A stretch of DNA of 64,000 nt from Escherichia coli (lineage in GTDB: Bacteria; Pseudomonadota; Gammaproteobacteria; Enterobacterales; Enterobacteriaceae): NCBI RefSeq assembly GCF_003334405.1, contig NZ_QOWM01000008.1; one strand, 5' to 3'. Positions 24,487 to 35,201 of the stretch are shown here, in pieces. The notes beneath the pieces are model-generated. The model did not search any database, had not been told where the DNA came from, and saw only the letters and a program-made list of their open reading frames with translations. The position numbers and the translations under genes are program-made. Position 1 is the stretch's first letter. Every line of letters starts with the position of its first letter.

Positions 24487-25189
24487 GATGCCAGCGCAGC
24501 AAGTTTGCCATCGCAAAGAGATATTTTTCGCTGGCTTCGTCGGAGGAGATGGGCGGAAACTCTGCGGTGATGCAATGCAAGTTCAGATCTGCACACCAAC
24601 TGCCGAAAGAGCCAGGCGTTTCATAACCGACGCTGGTTACCAGAGGCAATTCAAACGCCTGAGCCAGCCATTCGCCTAATTCGCTGTGTCTGGGATCTTC
24701 AATACAGGCCAGTGGATCGTGGAATGAGACCACCCAGGCAGGTTGAATGCGGTGTATAAGCTGGCACAGCGCCTGGGTTTCAGGTTCGGAGCCAGGTTTG
24801 TCACCTGTCAGTAATACGACATCGCGTTCTTCAGCGGCGCTGTTCCAGCGATAAACGGTTTCACCTTCCTTCCAGTTCGCCGCCGGAAAGTTTCTGTTTA
24901 AATCCACACCATTAGCATTGGCCCGTAACCCCAACTGGCAGCCGTCAGGATTCACACACAGCACCACATGATGACGGCGCAAAGAAGGTGTCAACGTCCG
25001 CAGAGCACAGGAGAGCGTGACGACCGAAGAGTTTTCATCACCGTGAGTGCCAGCCAGAATCAAACCACTTTCGCGGCTGGCTGCAGGGGCAGGAAACCAG
25101 ATTAACGGCGCGCCCAATAATGAACGTCCGTAATGTTCTGTTCCGGGCGGAAATGCGCCGCGTTCGGCGCGTGGGCGGGTTACGGTCAT
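24461..25189 (-). CDS. mpaA: murein peptide amidase A (zinc carboxypeptidase-like)
   Basis: ORF 24461-25249; start taken at MTVTRPRAERG (242 aa). Confidence 0.85.
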
Positions 25190-25270
25190 GATCGTCTCTG
25201 GTTCAGGAAGTATTACAGGCAGTGTTGTGCAAATTTTGCGGATTATCAAATCCTTTTCTTCAACGCTATG

Positions 25271-25453
25271 TCATCGATCTTGTATCACTTTTTTGCCGGA
25301 AGTTGTTTGCATTTTATTAGTTGGATAGGGTTTGTGGATTTTTGCTGGCTGACGGGCAAATAAAGTTTGTTTAATGGTTTGCTTATCTGCCAGTTGATTA
25401 ATCACATGGCGGGCTATCTGACCGCCAGCACCAAGAATCAGTACATTTTTCAT
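25271..25453 (-). pseudogene. ymjC: N-terminal fragment of NAD(P)-binding Rossmann protein
   Basis: 60-codon ORF with GAGGQIA dinucleotide-binding motif that stops prematurely. Confidence 0.6.
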
Positions 25454-25458
25454 GAAAA

Positions 25459-25524
25459 TTATCCCAGATTATTGGCAGCAATATGCCAGTCCATATCACT
25501 ATTGCGGATTTGAATATGTTTCAT
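25459..25524 (-). CDS. ymjD: very small ORF (21 aa) between ycjY and ymjC
   Basis: ATG overlaps ycjY stop by 1 nt; MKHIQIRNSDMDWHIAANNLG; not supported beyond operon context. Confidence 0.3.
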   Translation of the reverse strand: MKHIQIRNSDMDWHIAANNLG

Positions 25525-26444
25525 TACAGAGTTTCCTCAAAGAACGGAGCTAATACTGAAATTGCTTCAGCCACATAGGCTTTGCCGTCATAAAGATCCA
25601 TATGGTTTGCGCCTTCAACAATGTGATAGCGTTTATCCTGGCTTGATGCTCGATCGTACAGGTCGTCACTCATCCATTTGCTCCCTGCCTGGCTGCCCGC
25701 CACAATCTGCGTCGGCTGAGTCAGGTACACTTCCGCCATATGGTAAGCATCATAGGTAATAATCTGGTTAAGGCTGCGCAAAGTAGCGTAACCCGGTGCT
25801 GTTGGATACTGCGCGCGAGGGGTGTGGTAATACTCCCAGGCCTGACGCAGTTCTTCGTTCGGCGCATCGGACTCCTTCATTGGTGCCAGTGGCATAATGG
25901 CGTATTCTCCGCTGCTAATATCGCTGGTTCTGGCGTTTGAACCCGCTTCAACGTATGGCAGGGCATCAATAGATTTCACATTGTTTTCCCAACCATTACG
26001 GAATATCGAACCAATATTGACCGCACTAACGGTACCGATGGCCTTGATGCGGCGATCCTGAATTGCAGCATTGGCTGTATATCCTGCACCGGCACAAATT
26101 CCCATCGCACCAATTCGGGTATTGTCGACATAAGAAAGCGTTGTCAGGTAATCAATCACGGCACTGATGTCTTCAGTACGAATGTATGGGTTTTCTAACT
26201 GACGCGGCTCGCCGCCACTTTCACCTTGATAAGATGCGTCATAAGCAATAGTGACAAATCCCTTTTCCGCCAGTTTTTTGGCATAGGTTCCGGCCGTTTG
26301 TTCTTTAACGCCCCCACCTGGGTGAGATAACACAATTGCCTGATACTGACGGGTTTCATCAAATTTTGGAGGGAAATAGATCACTGCAGACAAAGAGATG
26401 GTTGGATTATTGCTGTTAGTGAAGCTGACTTTATTATTCATCAT
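25524..26444 (-). CDS. ycjY: alpha/beta hydrolase (peptidase S9/dienelactone-hydrolase-like)
   Basis: ORF 25524-26456; start taken 4 codons in (306 aa). Confidence 0.85.
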   Translation of the reverse strand: MMNNKVSFTNSNNPTISLSAVIYFPPKFDETRQYQAIVLSHPGGGVKEQTAGTYAKKLAEKGFVTIAYDASYQGESGGEPRQLENPYIRTEDISAVIDYLTTLSYVDNTRIGAMGICAGAGYTANAAIQDRRIKAIGTVSAVNIGSIFRNGWENNVKSIDALPYVEAGSNARTSDISSGEYAIMPLAPMKESDAPNEELRQAWEYYHTPRAQYPTAPGYATLRSLNQIITYDAYHMAEVYLTQPTQIVAGSQAGSKWMSDDLYDRASSQDKRYHIVEGANHMDLYDGKAYVAEAISVLAPFFEETL

Positions 26445-26581
26445 TCCGTTCCTCATGGAGTTGTCGGTTCGTTTTAACGGTTGGTGATATCACTATAGAT
26501 ATTGATCATTAAGTTGATTAGACCCAAAATCATGATTAGACCTATCATTTAAATGATTAATAGATTGCATGGAGATACTGA

Positions 26582-27481
26582 ATGAAGCGTGAAGAAATCG
26601 CTGATCTGATGGCGTTTGTCGTCGTTGCAGAGGAGCGTAGCTTCACTCGTGCAGCAGCCCGCCTGAGCATGGCGCAGTCAGCTTTAAGCCAGATAGTGCG
26701 TCGTATAGAAGAACGATTGGGATTGCGGCTTCTGACGCGAACCACGCGCAGCGTTGTTCCAACTGAAGCGGGCGAGCATCTTTTGTCTGTTCTTGGCCCT
26801 ATGTTGCATGACATAGATTCAGCCATGGCATCCCTGAGCGATCTGCAGAACCGCCCATCCGGGACAATACGTATTACTACTGTAGAACATGCAGCAAAAA
26901 CGATATTGTTACCAGCAATGCGCACATTCCTGAAATCGCATCCTGAAATTGATATTCAGCTCACCATTGATTATGGTTTGACCGATGTCGTTTCTGAACG
27001 TTTTGATGCAGGCGTCCGTCTGGGTGGGGAGATGGATAAAGATATGATCGCCATTCGAATCGGGCCAGATATACCAATGGCTATTGTTGGCTCACCGGAT
27101 TATTTTTCTCGCCGAAGTGTTCCAACGTCAGTGTCACAATTAATAGATCATCAGGCAATTAATTTGTATCTTCCCACATCGGGTACAGCAAATCGCTGGA
27201 GATTAATACGCGGTGGACGTGAAGTTCGTGTTCGCATGGAAGGTCAGCTTTTACTGAATACGATAGACCTGATCATTGATGCTGCAATTGATGGGCATGG
27301 ATTGGCGTATCTACCTTATGATCAGGTTGAGCGGGCTATTAAAGAAAAAAAACTGATACGTGTTTTGGATAAATTCACACCAGATTTACCCGGTTATCAC
27401 CTGTACTATCCACACCGTCGACATGCTGGCTCGGCATTCTCATTATTTATAGATAGGCTGAAGTATAAAGGTGCTGTTTAG
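26582..27481 (+). CDS. pgrR: LysR-family regulator (peptidoglycan-recycling regulator)
   Basis: 299-aa ORF with N-terminal LysR HTH; also called ycjZ. Confidence 0.85.
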   Translation: MKREEIADLMAFVVVAEERSFTRAAARLSMAQSALSQIVRRIEERLGLRLLTRTTRSVVPTEAGEHLLSVLGPMLHDIDSAMASLSDLQNRPSGTIRITTVEHAAKTILLPAMRTFLKSHPEIDIQLTIDYGLTDVVSERFDAGVRLGGEMDKDMIAIRIGPDIPMAIVGSPDYFSRRSVPTSVSQLIDHQAINLYLPTSGTANRWRLIRGGREVRVRMEGQLLLNTIDLIIDAAIDGHGLAYLPYDQVERAIKEKKLIRVLDKFTPDLPGYHLYYPHRRHAGSAFSLFIDRLKYKGAV

Positions 27482-27817
27482 CACTACTTGCTGATACATT
27501 AATTTAATTCTTCTCTTAACGTATTCTCAGTTCCTTTCAACGTTTTGGTCATTTTTTATTCTTCGTACAATGGCGACAGATGCTGATTATGATACCGAAA
27601 ACGGGTTTGAACGTGCGAAGCCCGAACGTAGTGTTCGGAGTTCTATGTGCTTTACCGCATTTTGGAGACTATTATTTACACTAAATCTGATTTGATATAT
27701 TGATACTTAAAACATTTGATGCTTCCTTTGTCACTTTTTTGATGGAAGTTGTTTGCATTTCTTTAAGGCGAAACAAATAATTACGCATCAATTTTAATGT
27801 CGGTTAGAGGGAAACTT

Positions 27818-29431
27818 ATGAAGCACTCTGTTTCAGTCACGTGTTGTGCGCTGTTGGTCAGCAGCATTTCTCTTTCGTATGCTGCAGAAGTTCCGAGCGG
27901 CACAGTACTGGCAGAGAAGCAGGAGCTGGTGCGCCACATTAAAGATGAGCCTGCGTCGCTGGATCCCGCTAAAGCCGTGGGCCTGCCAGAGATTCAGGTC
28001 ATTCGCGATCTGTTTGAAGGTCTGGTGAATCAGAACGAAAAAGGGGAGATTGTCCCCGGCGTTGCGACTCAGTGGAAAAGTAATGACAACCGTATCTGGA
28101 CTTTTACCCTGCGCGATAACGCAAAATGGGCGGATGGCACACCGGTAACGGCGCAAGATTTTGTCTACAGCTGGCAACGTCTGGTGGACCCAAAAACATT
28201 GTCGCCATTTGCATGGTTTGCCGCGCTGGCGGGAATCAACAACGCACAGGCGATTATTGATGGTAAAGCTACGCCTGACCAGCTTGGCGTCACCGCAGTT
28301 GATGCCCATACTTTGAAAATTCAGCTTGATAAACCGTTGCCGTGGTTTGTGAATTTAACCGCTAACTTTGCCTTCTTCCCGGTGCAAAAAGCCAACGTAG
28401 AAAGCGGTAAAGAGTGGACGAAACCCGGAAATCTGATCGGCAATGGCGCTTATGTTCTTAAAGAGCGCGTAGTCAATGAAAAACTGGTCGTGGTACCGAA
28501 TACCCATTATTGGGATAACGCCAAAACGGTACTGCAAAAAGTGACCTTCCTGCCAATTAATCAGGAATCCGCAGCCACTAAGCGTTACCTCGCGGGGGAT
28601 ATTGATATCACCGAATCCTTCCCGAAAAATATGTATCAGAAGCTGTTGAAGGATATTCCGGGGCAGGTTTATACGCCGCCGCAGCTCGGGACCTATTATT
28701 ATGCGTTTAACACGCAAAAAGGGCCGACGGCAGATCAGCGCGTTCGTCTGGCATTAAGTATGACGATAGATCGCCGCCTGATGACCGAAAAAGTATTAGG
28801 GACGGGCGAAAAGCCAGCGTGGCATTTTACACCAGATGTTACCGCGGGATTTACGCCGGAACCTTCGCCGTTTGAACAAATGAGTCAGGAAGAACTGAAT
28901 GCGCAGGCAAAAACTTTGTTGAGCGCAGCTGGTTATGGTCCGCAAAAACCGCTGAAGCTGACGCTTTTGTATAACACTTCAGAAAACCATCAAAAAATTG
29001 CGATTGCTGTAGCATCGATGTGGAAAAAGAACCTTGGCGTAGATGTTAAATTGCAAAATCAGGAATGGAAAACCTATATCGATAGCCGTAACACCGGCAA
29101 TTTTGATGTTATCCGCGCCTCGTGGGTGGGGGATTATAATGAACCCTCCACTTTCCTGACATTATTAACGTCAACGCATTCAGGAAATATTTCACGCTTT
29201 AACAATCCGGCATATGACAAAGTTCTGGCCCAGGCATCGACGGAAAATACCGTTAAAGCGCGTAATGCCGATTACAACGCGGCAGAAAAAATCCTCATGG
29301 AGCAAGCACCGATTGCACCAATTTATCAATATACCAATGGACGATTAATCAAGCCGTGGCTGAAAGGTTATCCCATTAATAATCCTGAAGATGTGGCGTA
29401 CAGTCGGACTATGTATATTGTGAAGCATTGA
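27818..29431 (+). CDS. mppA: periplasmic murein tripeptide-binding protein
   Basis: ORF 27797-29431; start taken at MKHSVSVTCC (537 aa); OppA paralog with signal peptide. Confidence 0.9.
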   Translation: MKHSVSVTCCALLVSSISLSYAAEVPSGTVLAEKQELVRHIKDEPASLDPAKAVGLPEIQVIRDLFEGLVNQNEKGEIVPGVATQWKSNDNRIWTFTLRDNAKWADGTPVTAQDFVYSWQRLVDPKTLSPFAWFAALAGINNAQAIIDGKATPDQLGVTAVDAHTLKIQLDKPLPWFVNLTANFAFFPVQKANVESGKEWTKPGNLIGNGAYVLKERVVNEKLVVVPNTHYWDNAKTVLQKVTFLPINQESAATKRYLAGDIDITESFPKNMYQKLLKDIPGQVYTPPQLGTYYYAFNTQKGPTADQRVRLALSMTIDRRLMTEKVLGTGEKPAWHFTPDVTAGFTPEPSPFEQMSQEELNAQAKTLLSAAGYGPQKPLKLTLLYNTSENHQKIAIAVASMWKKNLGVDVKLQNQEWKTYIDSRNTGNFDVIRASWVGDYNEPSTFLTLLTSTHSGNISRFNNPAYDKVLAQASTENTVKARNADYNAAEKILMEQAPIAPIYQYTNGRLIKPWLKGYPINNPEDVAYSRTMYIVKH

Positions 29432-29481
29432 TGTGATGGGAACTGGCGTTACCCTTGTGCATAACGCCAGTGATGTCTGAT

Positions 29482-30513
29482 TTAGCGACCCTGTTCCGGC
29501 GGTGTAATGTTATCCATATACAGCGTCTGGCTGGGGAAGGCAAAGTCCGCGCCGTGTGACTGTACAATATCGATAATCTTCAAATAAACGTCTTGCTGTG
29601 CAGCAAGCCATTCAGCCCATACCGTGGTTTTGGTAAAGCAATAAACCATAATATTCAATGAAGAGTCAGCAAACTGGTTGAAATAAACCAGTAAGGTTTG
29701 TCGCTGGTCGATGGCCGGGTGATTTTTCAGCATCTCACGTACAGCTTCGACAATAACGCCCACTTTTGCCGCATCCTCATAACGTAAACCAATGGTCGTG
29801 GTAATGCGGCGGTTGGTCATTCGTCCTGGGTTTTCTACGCTGATCGACGAAAACAGCGAGTTCGGTACGTACAATGGACGATTATCAAAGGTCGTAATTT
29901 TGGTAATTCGCCAGCCAATTTCCGCTACTGTACCTTCGATATTTCTGTCCGGTGAACGGATCCAGTCGCCAATACTGAAAGGACGGTCGAAATAGAGCAT
30001 AATCCCGGAAAAGAAGTTACTCAGAATATCTTTACCGGCCATACCGACAGCCAGACCACCAATACCACCAAAGGTCAGCAAGCCAGAAAGGCTCATGCCG
30101 AAATGTTCGCCATAAAGCAGAACAAGCACCACAATAATGGTGATTTTGATGATACGCGACATAATCCGCGCACTGGTGATATCGCGACCTTTTTTAATCT
30201 GCTGTTTTTCAAACTGATTAATCAGCAGAAATAGCTTAATCGTCAGAATAACCGCAATCAGGGACGTACAGATAAAATCGATAACGCCTGGGGTGATAAA
30301 TTTGAGTTTATAGTTTTCTATAACATAATTAATAATGCTACCAACAGCACTGATAATTATGGTGTAGATTAAAAATTGCACCGCATGGAATAAAAATCCT
30401 TTTCTTTTACGATTTCCACGGCGAAACCAAAAGCTCATCAGAATCAATGCTGCGCAGCTACCGAAAATAATGACCAGATTAAGCGCATTATTTGTAAACA
30501 GTTCAGCGATCAT
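29482..30513 (-). CDS. ynaI: MscS-family low-conductance mechanosensitive channel
   Basis: 343-aa ORF with N-terminal TM helices and MscS core. Confidence 0.85.
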
Positions 30514-30756
30514 TGTTTTATCAGGCTCCTCCAGATAATTGTCGTCATGCCGGAAACCCCTGGCGGGGCTATTTTACCGCGACAATTCATTCAGATCATC
30601 AATAGTCAGGGAAGGAAGTAGCAACATTAGCTAACTAATCAATGCGTTGATTGTAAATCCAGCTAAGAGGTGAGGTTTTCAGAGCAGACAACGGTGAAAT
30701 GTCATGGTATTGTTACGTTTAGGTAACAAGAAATTTGTCTGCACAAGGATTACATC

Positions 30757-31014
30757 ATGATTATGGCGAAACTGAAGTCAGCGAAAGGGAAGAAATTTCT
30801 CTTTGGTTTGTTGGCGGTTTTCATTATTGCGGCGTCGGTTGTGACTCGCGCGACCATCGGCGGCGTTATAGAACAGTACAATATTCCGCTGTCTGAGTGG
30901 ACGACATCAATGTATGTGATTCAGTCATCGATGATTTTTGTTTATAGCCTGGTCTTTACTGTGTTGCTGGCAATCCCGTTGGGAATTTATTTCCTTGGCG
31001 GCGAAGAGCAGTAA
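30757..31014 (+). CDS. ynaJ: small inner-membrane protein (DUF2534)
   Basis: 85-aa ORF with two hydrophobic helices. Confidence 0.8.
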   Translation: MIMAKLKSAKGKKFLFGLLAVFIIAASVVTRATIGGVIEQYNIPLSEWTTSMYVIQSSMIFVYSLVFTVLLAIPLGIYFLGGEEQ

Positions 31015-31024
31015 GTAAAAAATA

Positions 31025-31048
31025 GGCCCGATAACTCGGGCCTTGTCA
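31025..31048. terminator. bidirectional terminator between ynaJ and uspE
   Basis: Hairpin ggcccg-ataact-cgggcc. Confidence 0.55.
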
Positions 31049-31063
31049 GTTATTGAAGAGTCG

Positions 31064-32014
31064 TTAATCGTCTTCTTCGTCATCCAGTTCAACGGGTGTC
31101 TGATACTGGTCAGGTTTAATGACCAGCAGGTCGCAGCGAAGATGATCAATCACCTGTTCCGCCGTGTTGCCGAGGAATGCTGCTGAAATACCGGTGCGTC
31201 CTACCGTGCCCAGAACCACAATCCCCGCCTGTAAGTGCTCCGCCAAATCAGGAATCACCTCTTCTGGCAGACCTTTTTCTACGTGCGTCATGTTTTCATT
31301 AATGCCGAATTTCTGCCGCAGGGCTTTCATTGCCAGCAAATGTTGCCCACGAATGGCATCGTTATAAACGCTCGGGTCAAATTCCGGCAGTTCAATCGCG
31401 ATATTAATTGGCGTTACCGGATAAGCGCCAACCAGATGAACTTCGGTATGGTTGACTTGTTCTGCCAGTTCGATCGTCTCTTTGACCAGTTTTTCATTGA
31501 GCGCATTATGATACGGCTCTTCACTGGCGAGATTCACCGCCACCAGCGCCTTGCCTCCTTCCGGCCACGGCTGGTCTTTCACCATCCACACCGGGCTTGG
31601 GCATTTGCGTAACAGATGCCAGTCCGTTGGCGTAAAAATCACCGCTTCCAGACGGTCATGTTGGTGCGCCATTTTTAGCACCAAATCGTGTCCGCCGCTG
31701 ATCACTTCCTGAATGATGGCTTCGAAAGGACGGTTATGCCAGACCACTTTAATTTCAATGGGAACGCCAGCATTGAGATAATATTTTGCCTGCTCGTGGA
31801 TCCAGGCTGTACGCTGGCTGATGACGCCCTGACGCATAGCGGTACGTTCGTCCGGGGAGAGCAGGGTGGTCATTTCGTATGAGAAGTCATAGATCGGCAA
31901 AAAGGCTTTAATTTTGCCACCAATCCGTTGATGTAAATAAACAGCTCGCCGCAATGCTGGTTGGTCGTCCTGGTTAGGATCGATAACAACGAGCATGTTC
32001 TGATACATAGCCAT
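31064..32014 (-). CDS. uspE: tandem-domain universal stress protein E
   Basis: ORF 31064-32041; start taken at [10 protein letters not shown] (316 aa). Confidence 0.9.
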   Translation of the reverse strand: MAMYQNMLVVIDPNQDDQPALRRAVYLHQRIGGKIKAFLPIYDFSYEMTTLLSPDERTAMRQGVISQRTAWIHEQAKYYLNAGVPIEIKVVWHNRPFEAIIQEVISGGHDLVLKMAHQHDRLEAVIFTPTDWHLLRKCPSPVWMVKDQPWPEGGKALVAVNLASEEPYHNALNEKLVKETIELAEQVNHTEVHLVGAYPVTPINIAIELPEFDPSVYNDAIRGQHLLAMKALRQKFGINENMTHVEKGLPEEVIPDLAEHLQAGIVVLGTVGRTGISAAFLGNTAEQVIDHLRCDLLVIKPDQYQTPVELDDEEDD

Positions 32015-32165
32015 ACAGGGTCTCCTTACAACAACTGTCAACGCAGTTTGTAATTAAAAGATTAACCCATATCTGGTGAATGAAACAGTGATGAACCTTC
32101 TGCCAGATCAATAAATCAGAAAAATTTAATGATATGACAGAAGGATAGTGAGTTATGCGGAAAAA

Positions 32166-32918
32166 TCAGGCAACGTTACGCGTATGACCAGCAAGCTGGG
32201 CCAGCGCATCGTTATTTTCGATGGTGATGTATTTACCTTTGACTGCCAGCATGCCGCTTTTCTGGAAGCGACCCAGCAGACGGCTGATGGTTTCTACCGT
32301 CAGGCCCAGATAGTTACCGATATCGCCACGAGTCATCGTCAGGCGGAATTCACGAGGGGAGAAGCCGCGTTGGGCAAAACGACGGGACAGGTTGTAGATG
32401 AATGCAGCCAGACGTTCCTCGGCATTTTTCTTCGACAACAGCAGGATCATGTCCTGATCGCCTTTGATTTCACCGCTCATCAGACGCATCATCTGCTGAC
32501 GCAGATTCGGCATTTTACCGGACAAATCGTCCAGCGTTTCGAACGGGATTTCACATACCATCGAGGTTTCCAGCGCCTGCGCGAAGCTCGGGTGATGGCC
32601 GCTGCCGATGGCGTCAAATCCCACCAGGTCGCCTGCTAAATGGAAACCAGTGATTTGCTCGTCGCCTTGCTCAGTGATGGTATAACTTTTAATCGTACCG
32701 GAGCGGATGGCATAAAGCGATTTAAGTTCATCACCAGCCTTAAACAGCGTCTGGCCTTTCTGAATAGGCTTCTTCCGCTCAATGATATTATCAAGCTGAT
32801 CAAGCTCATGTTCGTTGAGTGTGAACGGGATGCAAAGCTGGCTGATGCTGCAATCCTGGCAATGGATAGCACAACCGCCAGACTGAATGCGCCGTATAAT
32901 TCGCTTTTCCGGGATCAT
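32166..32918 (-). CDS. fnr: global anaerobic regulator FNR (CRP family, [4Fe-4S])
   Basis: ORF 32166-32975; start taken at [23 protein letters not shown] (250 aa). Confidence 0.95.
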
Positions 32919-32937
32919 AGGTCTGCTCAAGCCGTAA

Positions 32938-32951
32938 TTGATATTTGTCAA
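32938..32951. promoter_or_regulatory. FNR box in fnr promoter (negative autoregulation)
   Basis: TTGATatttGTCAA matches FNR consensus TTGAT-N4-ATCAA; 20-33 bp upstream of fnr start. Confidence 0.65.
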
Positions 32952-33112
32952 TTTTAACATCTTTTTAGGGAGCAAGTAAGTCTAAGCAAACCTTAACAGC
33001 AGAGAATTCCGATATTAGATGTAAATATATGTCTATCTATTTGAAAACCCTTAAGTTGTTAAGGGTAACTTTACATAAAAGTGTGAACAAGCTGGCACAA
33101 ATTGTTTAATGT

Positions 33113-33628
33113 TTACAGCAAAAGATAACCTTCATGGCGCAATAACCACTCTTTTCGCTGAACTCCGCCTGCATATCCGGTCATGGTGCCGTTTCGGCCA
33201 ATAACCCGATGGCAAGGTACGACGATGCTGATGGGATTCGATCCGTTTGCCGCACCAACGGCACGCGCCGCGCCAGGACGGCCCAATTGCTCAGCCAGTT
33301 GGCCGTAATGCATTACCTGCCCGCAGGGGATAGTGCGTAGTGTTTTCCAGACTTCGCGCTGAAATGGCGTCCCCCCCGTAGCAGTGGGAAGCGTATCAAT
33401 AATGCTAAGATTACCGGCAAAATATTCACGAAGCTTGTCGCTTAAACCGCCTGGATTGGTGGCAGAAATGCGCTCATAGCCTTCTTTGCGATAATGGATG
33501 TCCAGCAGCTGCACCATGCGTTCGCTGTACTCTTCCCATTCAACCGCCCGCAGGCGAAATTGCTCATCGCAAATCACCCACAGTGGACCCAGTGGCGTGG
33601 CAATTTTTTCTTCAAGTAATCTCAGCAT
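33113..33628 (-). CDS. ogt: O6-methylguanine-DNA methyltransferase
   Basis: 171-aa ORF with PCHRV active-site motif. Confidence 0.9.
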
Positions 33629-33638
33629 CCGTTCTCTC

Positions 33639-35165
33639 TTAAGACAAACGTGGGTAAATACCCGGACCTATCGGCAGACCGACAAGATACCACGCCAGCA
33701 ACATCAGCAGCCATACCACCAAAAAGATAAGTGGATAGGGCAAGACTAACGAATAGTAAGTACCCAGTTTCGCGTCTGGTTTGTAGCGTTGCAGGAATCC
33801 AAGAAACAGTGGAACAAAAGGAGATACCGGCGCTAAAGGCAATACGGATGAGTCGGCAATACGAAAGAGGATTTGCGCAAATGCCGGGTGAAAGCCAAGT
33901 AGCATAAACATTGGTACGAAAATGGGGGCAAGAATCGACCAGATTGCGGAACCGCTGGCAATAAACATGCATAAGAAAGAGGAAAGCAACGCCAGACCGA
34001 CAAACGCCGGGATGCCGCTAAGCCCTGAACTTTCCAGTATATCGGTCAGCCCCACGGCGATGAATTTCCCCATGTTGCTCCAGTTAAACATGGCGACAAA
34101 TTGGGCGAGGGGAAAAACCATCACGATAAATCCCGCCATCTCTTTCATCGGTTCAATCATTAAATGCGGTAAATCCGCCTGACGTCGAATTGTGCGGGTA
34201 GCGATGCCATAAGCCAGCGAGACAACAAAGAAAAAAAGAATGATCAGTGGCACGATACCTTTAATAAAGGGTGATGGCATCACGGTGTGATTAATCGGAT
34301 CGCGCAATATCCCGTTTTGCGGGATCACCATCAGCGCAATCGCAGCAATAAAAAGTAGCGATACGACACCTGCTATGCGTAAACCAAAACGCTGACTTTC
34401 GGTCAATGTCTGCAGTTTCTCATCGCTGTTTCCCTGCCATTGACCTAACCGTGGCTCGATGATTTTGTCGGTTATCAGGCCGCCAACAATCGTCAGTACG
34501 ACTACGGAGCTGGCCATAAAATACCAGTTATCAATTACACTGACGTGCATTTGCGGATTGAACGCAGCTGCCGCTTCCGTGCTGATCCCCGACAGCAACA
34601 CGTCGGTTGTGACAATCAGTAAATTAGCCGTAAAGCCGCAACCTACGCCTGCAATGGCAGCCAGTAAACCTGCAACTGGATGCCTGCCCACCGCCAGAAA
34701 AATCAGCGCACCCATCGGTGGCATGATCACTAACGCCGCATCGGAAGAAATGTGGCTGAAAAAAGCAATAAACAGCACCATATAACTTGCGTAGCGGGCA
34801 TTAACATGCGATGCCATTTTAACCATTAGTGCTGGCAGTAAGCCGACGCGCTCCGCCAGACCGGCACCTAAAACCAGCGCCAGGATCGCACCAAGTGGAG
34901 CAAAACCGCTAAAGTTTTTAATAACATTGGGTAAAAACCAGTGTAATCCTTCCACACTGAGCAGGTTTTTCACCACGACCGGCGTACCATCGGTCGGGTT
35001 TTTCGCACTGACGCCAAAGGCCGACAAAATTGCCGTCGTCACCATGAGTACGATAATCAAATAGATAAAGAGCAGAAAAGGATGGGGAACCTTGTTACCA
35101 ATTCTTTCGACCCAGCCATAGAGCTTCCCGGATTGGGAGGACGACGGTATGGATGACATACTCAT
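33639..35165 (-). CDS. abgT: p-aminobenzoyl-glutamate transporter (AbgT family)
   Basis: ORF 33639-35171; start taken at MSMSSIPSS (508 aa). Confidence 0.85.
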
Positions 35166-35201
35166 GGGCATTCCTCGGTTGTTGTGTTTGCGTTGTTGTT
35201 G

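Noticed and set aside
32148-32639. 163-aa plus-strand ORF overlapping fnr
   Set aside because: Antisense to fnr, which is unambiguous.
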